From: Marsupella aquatica
Taxonomy: Eukaryota; Plantae; Marchantiophyta
Length of the DNA: 64,000 nucleotides
Direction: 5' to 3'
NCBI GenBank assembly: GCA_973895155.1
Contig: OZ316892.1
Coordinates: 25,257,233-25,321,232, forward strand
Part shown: positions 1-14,497 of the stretch, in pieces
Layout: every line of letters starts with the position of its first letter
Position numbering within the stretch: position 1 is the stretch's first letter
The notes under the pieces: model-generated
The model's database searches: none
What the model saw: the letters and a program-made list of their open reading frames with translations, nothing else
Told to the model about the DNA's origin: nothing
Program-made: the position numbers and the translations under genes

Positions 1-439
1 TGGAACGGTTAAGAGTATGATGGAAATTTTATTCTTTGTGAATCTACCAGTTAATCTTCATTCTTGCAGATTTGTCCCATTTCTGTTTGCACATCATGTG
101 TGGAACCTGCAAGTTTTTGCAAGAAACAATTCTCGCCCGCCTGGATAAATGTGCTTGAGCAATAATTCTAGTGCATCTCATGTCTGAAAAGTGGTTGCAG
201 ACATAAAACTCAATCGTGAAAGTAATTTACACAACATTGGTGGATATTTCTTAGCGGTAGATTCTAGGAGGTGGTGTTCAGCAGACCAATACAAGCTGTG
301 AAGCAATGGTCTGACCACCTTCTGTCATCAGTACCTGATAATTTGAATCAAGAAAGTTCATGGCCATGGTTTTGTTCAATCAGATGATTTCCCAGCGTGC
401 GAGAACTGAGGTCAGCATTTCAAGCGCGGATCACTGTCT

Positions 440-650
440 TCGACCGAGATAGCTCAATGACATAGCCTCACATTGACTCAATTTGCTGCTTCTGTTTTGA
501 ATGACGTTAACGTGTACTGGGGGAATCCGAACTGTATTACTGTTTTGACCGAGATGAATCAATGACATAGCCTTAGCATCCACTTAATTCGCTGCTACTC
601 CCGCTCTTCAGGACATTGATGTATACTGGAGGAATCTGGATTGTGAAATT
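440..650. repeat. Diverged tandem duplication, ~106-bp period
   Basis: GACCGAGAT..TCAATGACATAGCCT and GT(G/A)TACTGG.GGAATC each recur ~106-109 bp apart. Confidence 0.7.
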
Positions 651-1445
651 TCAAAACGCTGACTATCGAATCCACACCATATCGCTTCTTACACAGTACA
701 AAACCCAAAATTCTCATTCGACCAAAATCCCCGTCAAGATGTCGTGAATCGAAAACCAACAAATGGATCAAGCATCAAGAAAAGAGATACGATTTCTACA
801 ACGAATTTCACGGAAACTTATTCTGGCAAACCATGGTTAAACATTTCAGTGGTAGCTGCGCTCTTGTCCAAGTTTATGTCTTCCAATCTCCCCAACTACG
901 TCTGTGGGTTGAATGCAGACCACAAACTTGCGCCATTAAGGATACCAGCACAGGCGAATAATTTCCACTAACAGAAAAGAAGCAGGATATAGAACAACTT
1001 CCTGCAATCAAATGTGAACTATATATTCATGATTGCTTTTAGATTTTCTCTAAATGCCAGGTTCAATTTCCAACCTAGCTCTCCCTCTGTACAAGAATAG
1101 GATAAACAGCGACTTTTGGCTGTCCCCCTAAACCATAATTTTCTCTGTCCTCTTCTCCACGCGCCATGAGCAATGGCGTGGACACGAGTTGTTGAATCTC
1201 TAAAGGCTGCAATTCACCGGATCTTTGGTGGGACGAAAAGGCTCTTAAGTTAGTTGGGTATATCTCGATTGTGATACAGTACATGAATCCATGGACTAGG
1301 TTTGTTAAGGATCTACAGTAGGTTGGTTTTGCGAGTGATGCTCGCGTATCAGTGCAAAAATTAAAAAAATGGAGATCTGACGGCCTTGGCGATGATATGT
1401 TATAAATTATGAAAGGAAAAGGAAGTATTTAGACTTTTCAGGAGA

Positions 1446-4400
1446 TTAGAATACCAAACTCAACTTCTTCAGAGCACTTGAGATCTGATCCACATTCCCT
1501 TCTGTGGTTAAAATCAGTGGGCTCTCTGCCGGTGCAACGTCACCTCTTTGGTAACTACCACCGACACGCAGTAGCCTGTCCGAACCGTTTGTCACAACAC
1601 CTTTTAGCACAATTGTCTTGTGTGTGCCTGAAAGTAACTCTTCATAATCGGTATCTCCTGTCTCTCCAACAAACACATACATGTTCGCTACATCAAGTCC
1701 CCAACGCACAAACAAGTACCTGCACCCAACACACGAGAACAAGGGTTCATCAGATCCAATTTCCAACGTTCATTTCCCCATAGAACATCTTCAAGAAAAG
1801 TTTTCCTTGCAAATACAGGTCATATCACTTTAAGACTTCAAAGGCCTTTACCTCAGAGCTTGAGAGCGTGATGCAAACAGGGGAATTACGCGCATTCTGG
1901 TCTCATTCTGGCAATACATCACATGACATCTCAATCCCCGCTGCCGTAATCGCTGTCGTATGTGGTCCACTGATGGTGCCTGGAGACAAATTTCTTTGTT
2001 TAGAACATCCGCATTCACCTTCTCACAACGTATCCACTCACCCCGTGCACATGATGTTGTCTACTTAAAAAGTAAAGAAACTCTGAATCCTGCTCTCATT
2101 GTTGACAGGATTTCTCGGCCCAAGATGGAAACCCGCTCTTCAATGTAGCAAGCATTCCAATAGTTTTAAGGTTTCTTGCATCCTAAAAACAAAGTAGGCA
2201 TGCAAGGAAATAGCTCCTGTAAGTATACGGATAAAACATGTAGTGCGCCAGTCTATTGGAATAGAATAGGAGCTACTTACAAGAGAAGGTTCGACGACTT
2301 TATAGGCGAAGCAATGAGCGTTGAAGCTGGCTTCGTCTTCGATGAGTGCTCGTGGTCCTTTCTTCTCACCAACAGCCTCTTCTGGGGCAGTCACTTTCTG
2401 GAGAGTCTTTCTTAGCCCATCTCCACCCCAACGATAAGCAATGTGAGTGTCATAATCTGGATCGGCCTGGAGGGCCCCCTCTGTTCCTGTCTCTTCATGC
2501 CCAGCTGGGTAATGCAGCTCACTTCCACTACCCACAATTACGGCATCAAAATCGTGCACTGAGATTCCTCCAGAGTTCAGTACACTGAGGACCTCCGTGG
2601 CTGACAGGGAAGTTGAGAGGATGAAGCCTGTTGTACGTCCAGCACTAGGATCAGTTACTGTAGCCTTGAATATCTCCTGGATGGACTTACAGTACTCCTC
2701 AGCTGGCTGTCCTGATGCATCATAGCAGTCAATAGCAATGACCACCAAACGCTTCCTCCTTCGCAGGATCGAGATTTTGCTGGTGTGCACACCGTTGGTA
2801 CTACTGGGTTTGAGGCCTTCTGGCACAGCTGGAAGCAGTCCACTGTTCTTCTTCCCGGATATCTTCAACGATAGATGCTGCTCCCCAGGGTTGTTGCCAG
2901 CGTCTTTGCCGTTTCCATATTTCCCCAAAAACTTCTCAAGATCAAAGCTGTTCATTCGGTCACCGTCCAGGGAGAGGCGAAGAGAAATGTCCCTCAGATC
3001 CCTCAGGGAATCTCCTTGGGATTCAACGTCATCTCCATTCTCACCAAATGTGCTCTCGTTTTGCCACTGTGGGTGCCTTGTGCGGCATTGAGCTATCTTG
3101 GACAGGTAAGTCCGGCAATGCTCTGGCCAAGAGTAGCAGTGAATGTTCTTCAGCCCATTGCGTCGGCATTCGGTCCAGAGGTTTCGGTCGCTCACTAGTT
3201 TCAGCAATGCATCAGAAATTTCCTTCTGGTTGTGTGGATCCACGAGGAGGCCGTTCCTCAGAGTCTGCAGAATATACAGTTTGCCAAGAAATCAATCTTC
3301 CCTATGCTTGACAGTACGAACAATTACAAGCACAGAAGATTGATATTAAACAACCGACTACAATAAATTCCATTTCCCCCCTTGAGTTTAGCCTCTTATT
3401 TCCCTTGTTTATACCATTCTTAAGACTTAATTCAAGTCCCTCGTAAATCTTTAACGGTATCTCCTTGTTCGAGTCATTGGTGTTCACTTTCCACATATGG
3501 CATGTACAGACATAAGAGGTGCGGGCCACTCGACCTTAGATGGCTGTAAGCTGCTCCCTACCTTTTGAATATCCACTGGACCCCCGTTCTTCGTCGCAAC
3601 CATCGGCAACCCATGCGCTGCAGCCTGGTGAAAGAAAATATCCACAACGTTAAGAACTGAAAATCCTTGACGAAGCACAGACGTTGGAGTAGGACCTCAA
3701 TTTCCTACATCTCATTGTTCGATGCTATTGAGCAAACTTCTGTTGACTTGTTGAGCTACTAATGTAAATGACAATCTCTAAGCGTTGCCAGGAAGTACAT
3801 ACTACTCTAAAGACGATTACCTCAATGAGCGTAAGTCCAAAGGGCTCCACCAGTGCTGGGTTGATGAACACACCCTGAAAGTTCAATCGAAAAAGACATC
3901 TTATGAAAGGATGGAAAGGTAAGATCGCCAGCGCTAGACAGAAGACTGATATAATTAATCGTACAGTTCGATTTGTCTAGTGAACCGAGATGAAAACTCT
4001 GAGGCTGACTGAAATGCTAGGAGCTCAACAGAGGATGGAAAGATAGCTCCTACACGATGACCATTACAATTATATTGCACTTTCCAAGCTCCGATTTCAA
4101 TAGTGCTCCTTACCTTAGTCTTTGCTGCCAGACGGTAAATCTCAGGGACCTCTGACTGCTTGTGATGTTTGGGATATGCCACTTGCCCATACAGGTCATA
4201 CTTGTCGATGAGCTTCAAGGCTTGCAGAAGAACAGTTGCATTGCCTCCGGTCATGCCGTCAATATCATCCCGATTCCCCATAATCAAAGTCTACAATCAA
4301 CCATGTATTTAAAAGGTGCGCAGCTCTGATTCCTCAATCATCAATGAGTAGGAGGTGACCTTCATTGCCAACTGGTACAGACAAATATATTTAGGAATAC

Positions 4401-7400
4401 CTAACAAACCAGTAGCAACACACAGAAGCACTTGGAGTGCGAAGGCAAGGTGCAAAAGGCAATGGTTGTCAGACCCCTACCAGATTCGCAAGCTCGCGCA
4501 GTGGTCGACATTCTCCAAAAGCAGCAAGTAATTTCATTATGTTCTTCTTAGGATCCGGACGAGCTAATGCCAAAATCATCGGCTTGTGGGGATTGGTGAA
4601 GAAGCGCATGATCTGCTTATTGAAATATTGCACCACTCAATGTTTCTGGACGAGTCATGCTTCGAGATAATTTCCGAAGATGAAAACCAAGGCGGAACCC
4701 TTACTAACTAGGACAAGAGGGACTTGTAGCTCGAAATGAACTGTATTCTATCAGGAAAACGGTCCTAAACTTTCGCATACCTCTCCCCAGATTGGAGGTT
4801 TTGCCCGAGGAGAAATTGGCACTGCAACTGATGCATCTGGAGTTGTGAAAGCTATTGAGTCCACATCATCGACTACATCGCCAGCATCTTGCACCACGAC
4901 ATTGCTAAAATCCATTCCAGGTGGTGTAACCTGCAATGTAAAACATCCAATCCACTTCGTTACTAAGTTGGACGCCTACCGCACATGAATTGATTGATAT
5001 GTAGGAAAAAAGATTCTGAGCTTGTCAACTTCCCGGAACTGAGAGACCCTGTCGACAACCGAACATCTCCCTCGCTGTGAGTCACTTAGATATTATGTGT
5101 ACCACTAGGCAATACCCTTCTTTCATTTCCTTACTTTTGGTGGTTTTGCTAGCTTGTTCTTTCCTACCTTCACCCCTATTCACTCAGCTCATCTCAACCC
5201 ACCTCAATTTTGGATTCGAAATCAATTCAACTCTAATAAACACATAAGAACCTCGGAAGACAATATAGTCCGCGTTTCTGCAATGGAAAGGGTGCTTAGA
5301 AGTGTTCGGCGAAGAAATGGTAAAGTACGCACCATCATGCGTGGCATGAAGCGGCCGTGACAGCTGATTCCACGACTAGCCCGTCCCCTCAACGCCCTCT
5401 CGGTCTTTACGTTAAATCCATCATAGAGACCCCACTGTTGCTCAATTTCTTGCCTCGTGCTTGTGATCACGAGTTCCGCAGCATCCAGAGACAACTCCTC
5501 AGCCTCTATACGGCGCATAATTTTGTAGTTGTGGTTAATGTGGTCTCTGCTTTCTCGCCCTTTGAGAAGCTGCTCCAATTTGTTGCGACCAAGTGAGTGT
5601 CCTGTGAGGACCATGGGAACGTCCAGAGCACCGGACAGAAGGGATGCACTGTCTCCTGCATCCGCATAGTGACCATGAATAACATGAGGCCACACTGGCT
5701 CCCCACCAGAAATCTGGTCACCGAGAACTTTGGCCATATTCAAAATGTGAGCCAGTGACCCATCCACAAACTCCTGAATGTAAGGCCAGAGTAGCTCTTT
5801 GCGGATATATTGGTCTCTGGGGCCGCAAGGGATGCGAACGATGTAGGCTCCACTGCTCTCTCCTGACTCTCCGTCTTCATCATAAGCGGGAGCCGTAAGC
5901 ATTTCAGTGGGTTCTCCATAACTCCAGTCCACGCTGGGATCACAAATTTGACGAGTTAACAAATCAACACGGTACACCTCAGGCATCAATGCCAGTGCCC
6001 TTGCAAGCTCTACTACGTACTTCACCTGTGAGTTCATACAGTGTACAAAATCAGTCCACGTTGCAATAAATTCATGGCATGCTCAGGGAGAGGTTCCTTA
6101 TAAACTGGCCCAGGAAATTAACCAATATCAGGCATTTGAAATTCATCATCTGCACATGAAGTTTTGTCTTAATTTAATTCGCTTTGAGTAACTTCAATAA
6201 TGGGATAGAAAGCAAAACAAGGCAAACATCACAACAGGATATCAATGAAATTGAGAACATTAAACTAATTACCTGCCCACCGGTGTCCGAATCGCGACCT
6301 AGCTCCATATTGTCCCCTCGAACCAAACCATGCAAGCTGCATAAGAAGAGACATGATTAGAACTGGATCAACTTAGGAGTGCGTTCAAAGGGTACAGGCA
6401 GAAAGACGCCATTACGAAACTGAATTAAGGAAGGGGTAGCACCATTCACATATAATCCTCATCCTGTCTTTAGACTGACATTCCAGCAAGAAAGAAAAGT
6501 CTGATGGCTCTACCAGCTCATATCTGTAACAGGGTATAGAGCACAGAAGGAAACGTTTTACCATCATGTTGTTCACTACAAGGAGACAGTATCGAACAAT
6601 GGGGGACCCAAATTGGGATTTAAAATGACCTGACGAAACTTTCCTTCGCGTGACAGTCGAACTTTTCTTGATTTGAATCATGGATGGAACAATCAGAACA
6701 AGCTTGACCAGAAGCTACATCAACGCAATGAACCCAAATACCGCACTATTCAAAACATCAGCAGTGGAGACCAAACCTTGCGCACAGTGGGCTTCCCCCG
6801 GGGCTTCCCTGACTTTTCGTTCGTTGAATTGAAACAACAATAGAAATCGCATCTGAAAGAGGTCGATAACCCCAATAAAAGATACAAGGAACAAAGAATT
6901 TCGGCGAGTCTCCTCACCTAATCAGAACCATATACAATTTTTTCTCTCTCTTCTGAGTCGGGGCGTTGGCAGGACCTTCTGGACCTTCCAATATAGTGGC
7001 CAATTCTGGTACATTAGTGGCAGGCGTCTCCTTCTCACCTTCTGAGAGATCTTCGCACGACATATCGTCAGATGCCTCTTTCTGGACCCTTTGCCGCTCA
7101 ACATGACGACGGGCCAATCTTTGTGCATCTTCCCACTCCATCTGAAGGACATAAAAACTAACTCCTGTCAAAAATCTCGCCTGTTGCTTCTCCCTGTACG
7201 TGTGGTGGTCTCACAAAATGTTGACTGTAAGTCTGAAGAATAAAATGGCAGACTTCTACAACGGCGTAATTAACCCTCTTAAAATTGTCTTACAAAACGG
7301 TTCAGCGTGCAAAAATTCCAGATGTCCCAGATAATATTTTTTAAGAGAAACAGTGACACTCCGATTGAGCATCGAGGGTCAGTGAGAACCCCTCAGTGCG

Positions 7401-8544
7401 TAAGAACGAGCAAATAGCGTTCTTGATCGAATTCAGTGTGAGCCGTGCATCAAACTCTGAAGAAATGCGCAATTGGTGATAGTGATGGTGATCTAAATCG
7501 ATGGGCCCTCAATTTCGAAGCCACAAGGGTAGATTTGAACCTGTCCCCACAGATCCGAGAGAAAAACCCATTTCATAGAATAGGACGACCTCTGATAACA
7601 AGATTCACGATCAAGGCCCTGAAGGGACACTCAATTACTCAATGGTGAAGCAATTGCCTTTTTGGAAACAGAGTAATCTCGAAGTAGAATTGCAAGAGGT
7701 AGAGCATATCCTCAACGGAAATGCAGACCTCTCGAAGTGACAAATCGCAGGTGATGGACCAGGATATCCCCCAAGGAAATAACAGAGGGAAATGAAAAGA
7801 ACGGTAGGCCAACTTCGTTGCCTATCCTATCCAACTCCCCGGCTAAGCATCAAGACACGGGGACTGCTCCAACTCACGGACGCAATCAAACACGGGTCAG
7901 ACTCTCCTGTATCATAGTAAGACTGTAACTGACCTGTTTCTTCTTCCGTGCAATGTGCCATATCCTCCAGCACAAATATTCCATTCTACTACCACGTTCT
8001 TGAGGGTACTTAGTGGCGTTTGCCTGCCACAAAATGAGGACCATCAGTGAAAAATGAAGTTCCTAAACAACGGTCAGTCTCGACTAATGGAAGTGACCAA
8101 CGCGCAGGAAATCGACCGGCAATTTTAAGAAGCATCAAAGACTCGTCGCTCTTTAATGATATCCAATCCATCAAATTACTTAGACTGAGAAATGATACCA
8201 ACTTCGTCAAAAAATACGGCCCTCCTGTCTATGAACACAAGAACCGTTCGGTTTCTCTTCCATTGGATCTCCGGGAAAGCTATGGAGACAGAACTGAGGA
8301 AAAAAACGCCTCTCAATCTCTCGCTCTCTCGAACAGATGTATAATCTTCGGAGCACACCTTGATCCAGGTGCGGTATAGAGCAGCGTCATCGTGTCCAGT
8401 TACTTCGTTGACAAAGTACTTTGCCGCAGTCAAGGCCTCCTTGTCTGCTCCAATCGCAGTGGCCGTTCGACTTATATCGTCTGTACCAGCTCCACTATCA
8501 AGAATTGCATCCAAATACGAGCCAACCCACTCGTTCCCCGCCAT
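1446..8544 (-). CDS. SPS: Sucrose-phosphate synthase (GT4 glycosyltransferase + SPP-like C-terminal domain), 13 exons, ~1072 aa
   Basis: Exons read with GT-AG borders: 8544-8359, 8023-7934, 7141-6918, 6336-6273, 6025-5333, 4930-4781, 4612-4481, 4290-4114, 3874-3821, 3624-3562, 3264-2281, 1979-1852, 1719-1446; total 3219 nt, in frame. SPS motifs present: [104 protein letters not shown]. Confidence 0.97.
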
Positions 8545-8713
8545 CTTGACTTTGTTATAATAACCTCCACGACTTACGTCAACCGAAGTTTGTCACGAGT
8601 CTTCTATGATTGTCTAGGACAGTAGCCGACGGAAGAATTTTCTTGCTCCCCGTTAAAATCTCCACGCAAGCCTTCGGATGAGTTTTATTCACACGCCACC
8701 GCACACAGAGGAT

Positions 8714-9423
8714 CTGCTCATCAAACAATAAGAGTAATCAGAAGGGCAAGAACTTGCTAGACGCATCAGATGGAGTTCATGGTCAAGGCCTCAGCTCATT
8801 CGCTTCACGGCCAAGGAAATACATTTCTCAATTGTGTATCTTTATGAACCAAGACAGTATTCGGAAGATTTTTAGTCTGTCGACGAGCAGCGACCCTGTG
8901 TACTCCAACGTCTGTAAAGACAAGGTGACTTATGCCACTCAAAGCACAACAACGAAAACTCAAAAATCATCGAGGACAAACAAGCTCCAAGCAGTGCAAT
9001 CCAATTTCCCAACGAAGCGCACAAAATTCAACTCAGACATATCGGATCTCAACTCAGAAATCCGGAATTCGCATACGGATTCCATCGAAAGGAAGGACTC
9101 GCACCAAAGCAGGGGATTGTTTGAGAACCCCAGTCTCCACACATAACAACATAAAATCCCGAAACACGCAACACATCAAACTTCTCCTCCCAAAGTGTCG
9201 CTCCACAGCCAGTCATATCAGAAACCACGAGACCAAACAGAGCAATTGCGTCATAAATCCACTCCATCTATCTTTCAGCATCCAAGCCAGACCAAAAACA
9301 AAAAACCACGGCGTCAGAAAGCACACCAGACTCACTCATACTAAAGCGTAGTCACATCACATCCTCTCAACATCCCTGAGAATTGCGACGTCAAATGCCG
9401 GAGCTCCGCTGAGTGTCACGTAC
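8714..9423 (-). other. Probable 5'-UTR intron of the SPS gene
   Basis: Strong minus-strand donor CAG|GTACGT at 9423 and a plausible acceptor TGTTTGATGAGCAG at 8714. Upstream lies a (TTC)n pyrimidine patch (9620-9645) typical of plant leaders. The acceptor choice is uncertain. Confidence 0.45.
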
Positions 9424-12400
9424 CTGTCGAAGTCACTTCTACGCTCGCCGGGACTGGACGAACGGGCGAGGGGTGAGTTTCTTGTGATCGCCTTCAACCA
9501 ATCGACCGATCAAGTCTCCTCTTCTCCTCTTCGATTCTATCAAGACGGGTTGTTGTTGCTTGCTTCAATGCCACCCGAAATTGTCGAAGATGAGGCAAGA
9601 AGGTGGGAGGACATGGTGCAAGAAGAAGAAGAAGAAGGAGAAGAGAGCACGACTGAGGAGTCCGCTCGAAGGTCGAGGTAGCCACAGAGTTTCCAGACCT
9701 TTGTTCCAATTTAAGCAAAGCGCGCGACGTACTCTCTCCGAGGAATCCTCTCGCCGGAAATTTTCCACCTCGCATTCTCGTCACGGGTCGTCTCACCGGG
9801 AAATATTTTCCCCGGGCTACCGGATTCTCTTCCTTACACGGAATAAAATTTATTTATTTAGAAGCATTTACAGAGTAAACAGAACGACGCCGCTCCAATG
9901 ACTTCGATACCGTTCGTTTTTCACCTAGAGAATGATTTCTTTATTACAAAACGATAATAAGACCTGAAGTTTCGATGGACACAAACGTTTGACTTGATCT
10001 TGATGGAGACAAATAAAATGCTTACATCTACTCCTGTTTCACATTTACTCTCCCTTTTTGGGGGTCGCATGCAGTGGAATAGTGCTTCTTGTTGGGGCAG
10101 TGTGTTATATACATTTGAGTGCTAAACAGAAAGTTTTTAAGTGCATTCCTTTGGTATTTTATGCAGGCATGCAGCAGCCTCCGTTCTCATTCAACTTAAG
10201 GAATTGGGTTAACTTGGTTATCATGTTTATAACCTCTTACATTTCCATATGATGACACTAAAACATTTTAGGAGTATCATGACAGTGTAAGTTCCTGTGT
10301 CCATCCAAGTAGCACTAGACAAATTGTTTGTGTTTATCCAAGCATCCACTTTGGAAAGTTGTTAGGTCTTAAAAAACTCTAAGATTCTCCTCCTTTGTCA
10401 ACAGTCCTTAACCCTCAATCTTCAAACCTGTACTTTCTGCTTATGATTACATTCTTTCCTTCAGATTACTTCAGGAATAGGACCCTATTACTCTTTCTTA
10501 ACTACCCTACCTTTAAATGTAGGTTCCCATTTTGTACGTTTGACTCCTTTTTCTTCACTCAGATCAGTCAAAATTTCCGAATGAGACTGGTTACTCACTT
10601 GCCCCATTGTAAGCCCCGATATCAAAACTGCATGCGTTGTTTTTTCCATGCGGACTGACAGAACTGTATGCTCAAGCACCAGGAGTTTCGATAAGGTGGG
10701 AGCCTCTATCCCACTACCATAGAAGCTTGGATGGGATCTCATTCCAACCTTTTGCCCCCATAGAATTCTCAAACTCACATGTACTCTATGAAATACCACA
10801 CTATAAGTAGGATGGTGGGATGGATTCAGAGTGCAAACGTCTGATTTTCATACAAGGCATTTTGGGGGATCCCATCCAAGCTCAAAGGTTTGAACATATA
10901 ACATGATCCCATGTGAGCTTATGATCCACCATCCAGGCTTTTGGCTGGTTTTTCTACTTAAGTACTTGTGTTTGCTGTATTTAATTCCTACATTTGGAGA
11001 TGACCCTAAACTTAGTGGCATTATGTTGGACATTTACTCTTGGGTCGAGAGTAAATTGGTAACCTCAATTAGTATAAGCATAGTTGATAGTTGATTAAGA
11101 TTAGATGTGTCAATACTATTATATTCACTACGAGCTTGACTAGCACTACTTGACTTGTGAGTGGAACTTAGGCTCACATTACAGAGCCATCTAAGAGATA
11201 GAATAGCTTAGTCTATGAATTCTCAATATGGCTGATGGACCTAGAATTCAATAAACTCTGACTTGTGTGTGAGGTGAACACGGACACACATTGTTCTGTT
11301 TCTGTCATATCTTGAACACTATAGCCACAATCTATTCTAAAACTTTGAGAGGTCAGGGCACGACGGCGCTTGCGTGCTTTGATTGTGTCATAAGCTCCTT
11401 AATTTATTTATAGTTGGAATACAATAACCATTAATATTGTATTCAACCAGGCTTGGAAGCCCTATGCTCCATTGCGGTCAGAGGCTACTGTGCTTGCGGG
11501 ATCCATGCACTGCTTCTTTTCTTAGGTAACCAGTGGAGAATACATCTCCTATAATTTGTTATTTATACTAGTTGATGAAAACTCTCAATCCCTGTACCTT
11601 TAGAAGCAAATAATGTGAACATATTTAATTATCTTATATGCAAATTTTGACTATTGTCCATTCAACTTTTTAGAACTTAAGTGTGTGAGAGACTATTTGA
11701 CTTGTGATTGTACTAGTTTGTAACTGGGGGAGGGGGGTCACGGAGGGCCATACATCATATGCAAAGGTTTGCATCATTTACAAAACTCCTAACTAAGTCA
11801 CTATGTAAGGTTGTCTGACATCAATTAATCACGTGATGACATGTGTATATCTTACAATTAAGAAACCCTATATTTCCATTGACAATTAAATAAGTCTTTC
11901 GTAAAAAACATTTACATAACCCTATACTTTGTTACACATGATATGTCATTGCCATGGAAGTGACCCGCCTTCCCCTCCAAGATTTGTGAACCCCCTACTT
12001 ATGTAATTATGCTTTAATGCTTAGTACCCAAGTAAGTAGGGGGTTTGAACCCCATACTTATGTAACCCTAAGCTATTACATGTTCCCTTACTTTAGCTAT
12101 TTTTAATTTTAAAAATGATAGTATATTAAAAAATCAATGTTTGCATCAATGCTCAGAACTTTGCATCACAAAATTATTTCAGGTTTTATTCATAAGCACT
12201 CTAAAATCTTTTGTTAGTCAAATACAAAATTTTAATAATCATTAATTTATTGCACAAGCCAGTATGGCACTAAGGTAATAACTTTGTTGGCAGTGACTTT
12301 TTAATTGGCTAAATACTGCCAAACCCTTCTATTCTCCAAATCCTGGCTCAAGGAGTCAACCAAAAATAAAGGGGAACGAATATTAAGCAAAATGTGCCAA

Positions 12401-12714
12401 TACTTGCTTTTAGGTGCACTTGGATTTACGATCTTTGAAGTAGTAAATGCCTCAAGGGACGAGGAATACTGTCTGGGATCCATCTAATATCTACTTATCA
12501 ATATTATTAAAATTATTGAAAGTGAGATCTTCCTTGATCTTAAGTACAACTGCCAGATCTTCAAAGATCGTAAGTCCCCACGTTAAGTACGACCATATAA
12601 AATCTCACCCCAAATAGACTTGAGAGTACAAAATTTTGGCTAAAAATGTTCTTAGGATACTGACAGACCCCAATAGCATAAAAATAACAAAATGAAACTT
12701 GAAAATAATAAATA

Positions 12715-13038
12715 CACTGTTCACCTTTATTAGTGTTTATGCAAGAATTAGTGTTAGTATAAAAGTAGTGTTTATGCAAGAATTTTTTTACACTTTATTT
12801 TAAATTGCTTGTAAAAAATGAATGATCTTGAATCCAAAGTACCACTAATTGCTGTACATTTTTTTAAAGTAATTTTTTTCCCTCTATTTTTCAACTCTTA
12901 AGACCACAATAACACTAATTTATGTGCGCAAAAATAGTGTTAGCACAAAATTAGTGTGACTAACACTAATTCACGAGTAGACCCTAAAAATAGGCACTCT
13001 CGAATTAGTGTGAGTCACACTAATTATGGTGAACAGTG
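12715..13038. mobile_element. MITE (~324 bp), TIR CACTGTTCACC, flanked by TA; Tc1/mariner-like (or CACTG-type)
   Basis: CACTGTTCACC at 12715 and GGTGAACAGTG ending at 13038, extending imperfectly to ~22 bp. TA on both sides. The interior has many ATTAGTGT/ACACTAAT motifs. Confidence 0.8.
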
Positions 13039-14394
13039 TAACTAACTCAAAGTATCATCAGTGTACCAACAATTACCAACATTGGATATAATCCACTGAT
13101 CTAACATGTCAAACAATGTGCACCTTATCTTGTGATTGTTGTGCACTGTTGCCCATTGCACTCTTAGTTAGCCAATGCAACTATCAATCATAACTAACTG
13201 CATTTGTTTGTTACTTTTTAAGTAAACAGATTTAATATATAGACTTGGTTATTATAATCCAGCAAGCTCGTCTACAAGTAAATAAATTTGTTGTCCTTGG
13301 AAGTAAATAAGATTGTTTTAATAATTAAGTTACGTTTTTGTTCAATTTTTTTGTTATGTGGCGTGTTGATTTTCAATTCTCCTGAGTTTTACCACTCCCA
13401 GGTTGTGACAAAAATGAATGGTTGTGTTTTCTCTTTGCCGCAGACATTCTATTTTGTGTTTCTTCTTTGCCCCAGACATTGGCTTTCATTGTGCCATTCA
13501 TGGTGTACAATGACAAAACTATGAATTTTGGAAAGAACTTGTCATGGGGGTCCTCCACCAATATCATACCAAACTAGTGTCACACACTGTTTTAACAGTC
13601 ACCTGGCTTCCTTAAAACTAACCTGACAGTAAATAGACTGTGTGACAAAATAGTGCATCTTGTGTACTAGTCATAGTCATTGTACCTCCAAAAAAAATCT
13701 CCAAAAAGAGAAACCTTCAAAATTATCAAAACGATGCTGTCAAAGTCAAGTGGCTATGTACTTTTCTCAACGCCTCGTGTACAAAGAAAAAAAAAATTTA
13801 AAAAATATATATATATATTAAAGGTTATTTTTATTATGCATAAAGAGTTTCGAAAGGGTGGCGTTTACACCCCACCACTTCCCAGTTGTGTAGTTTCTGT
13901 AACAAAGTTCGAGAGGTATGGCTGGTTACGACCTCTCTTTAAATATCTAAAATTTTGAAGATAACGATTTGCCATTGAGCAAAGCAACCACTTATCATCA
14001 GAACTCCTCCCTTAATGATTTGCCACTCATGTGGAGTCCATGGCTGCCCTCAATCTTGGGAATCTTTATCATACGGAAATGCCCCAGCCAGGAAAACACT
14101 AGAGTGCTCGTGCCCAATATTAAAGTTTATCTTCTCATTCATTTAAATAGGAACCATACATTTAAAGCAGCTTTTACAGGATTTGTTGATTATTTTGACT
14201 TTTGGGGAATTTATTTTGGGAAGTTGCTGTTCGGAATGGGCGGCAACATGTGACCTGAGTACTCCATTGGACTATTTACCTCTGGGCACCCAAAAAGGCG
14301 AACATCTATGGAAAGGAGAAATTGAGTGATCCTAACCTATTAGAATAGAATCAAGTTTTGAGATCAAAGTATCTTCTTTCAAAAGGGTAAAGAA

Positions 14395-14497
14395 GGGTCA
14401 TGTTACTAGTGGGAAAAGTAAATCCGAATATATAGCCACCTTCTTTCAAAGGGGTCATGTTACTAGTGGGAAAAGTAAATCCGAATATATAGCCACC
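14395..14497. repeat. Tandem duplication, 57-bp period
   Basis: GGGTCATGTTACTAGTGGGAAAAGTAAATCCGAATATATAGCCACC at 14395 and 14452. Confidence 0.9.

Noticed and set aside
1478-8625. Plus-strand ORFs overlapping SPS
   Set aside because: Antisense shadows of coding exons with no independent support.
10240-11100. Possible retroelement remnant upstream of SPS
   Set aside because: No diagnostic motif could be read in any frame.
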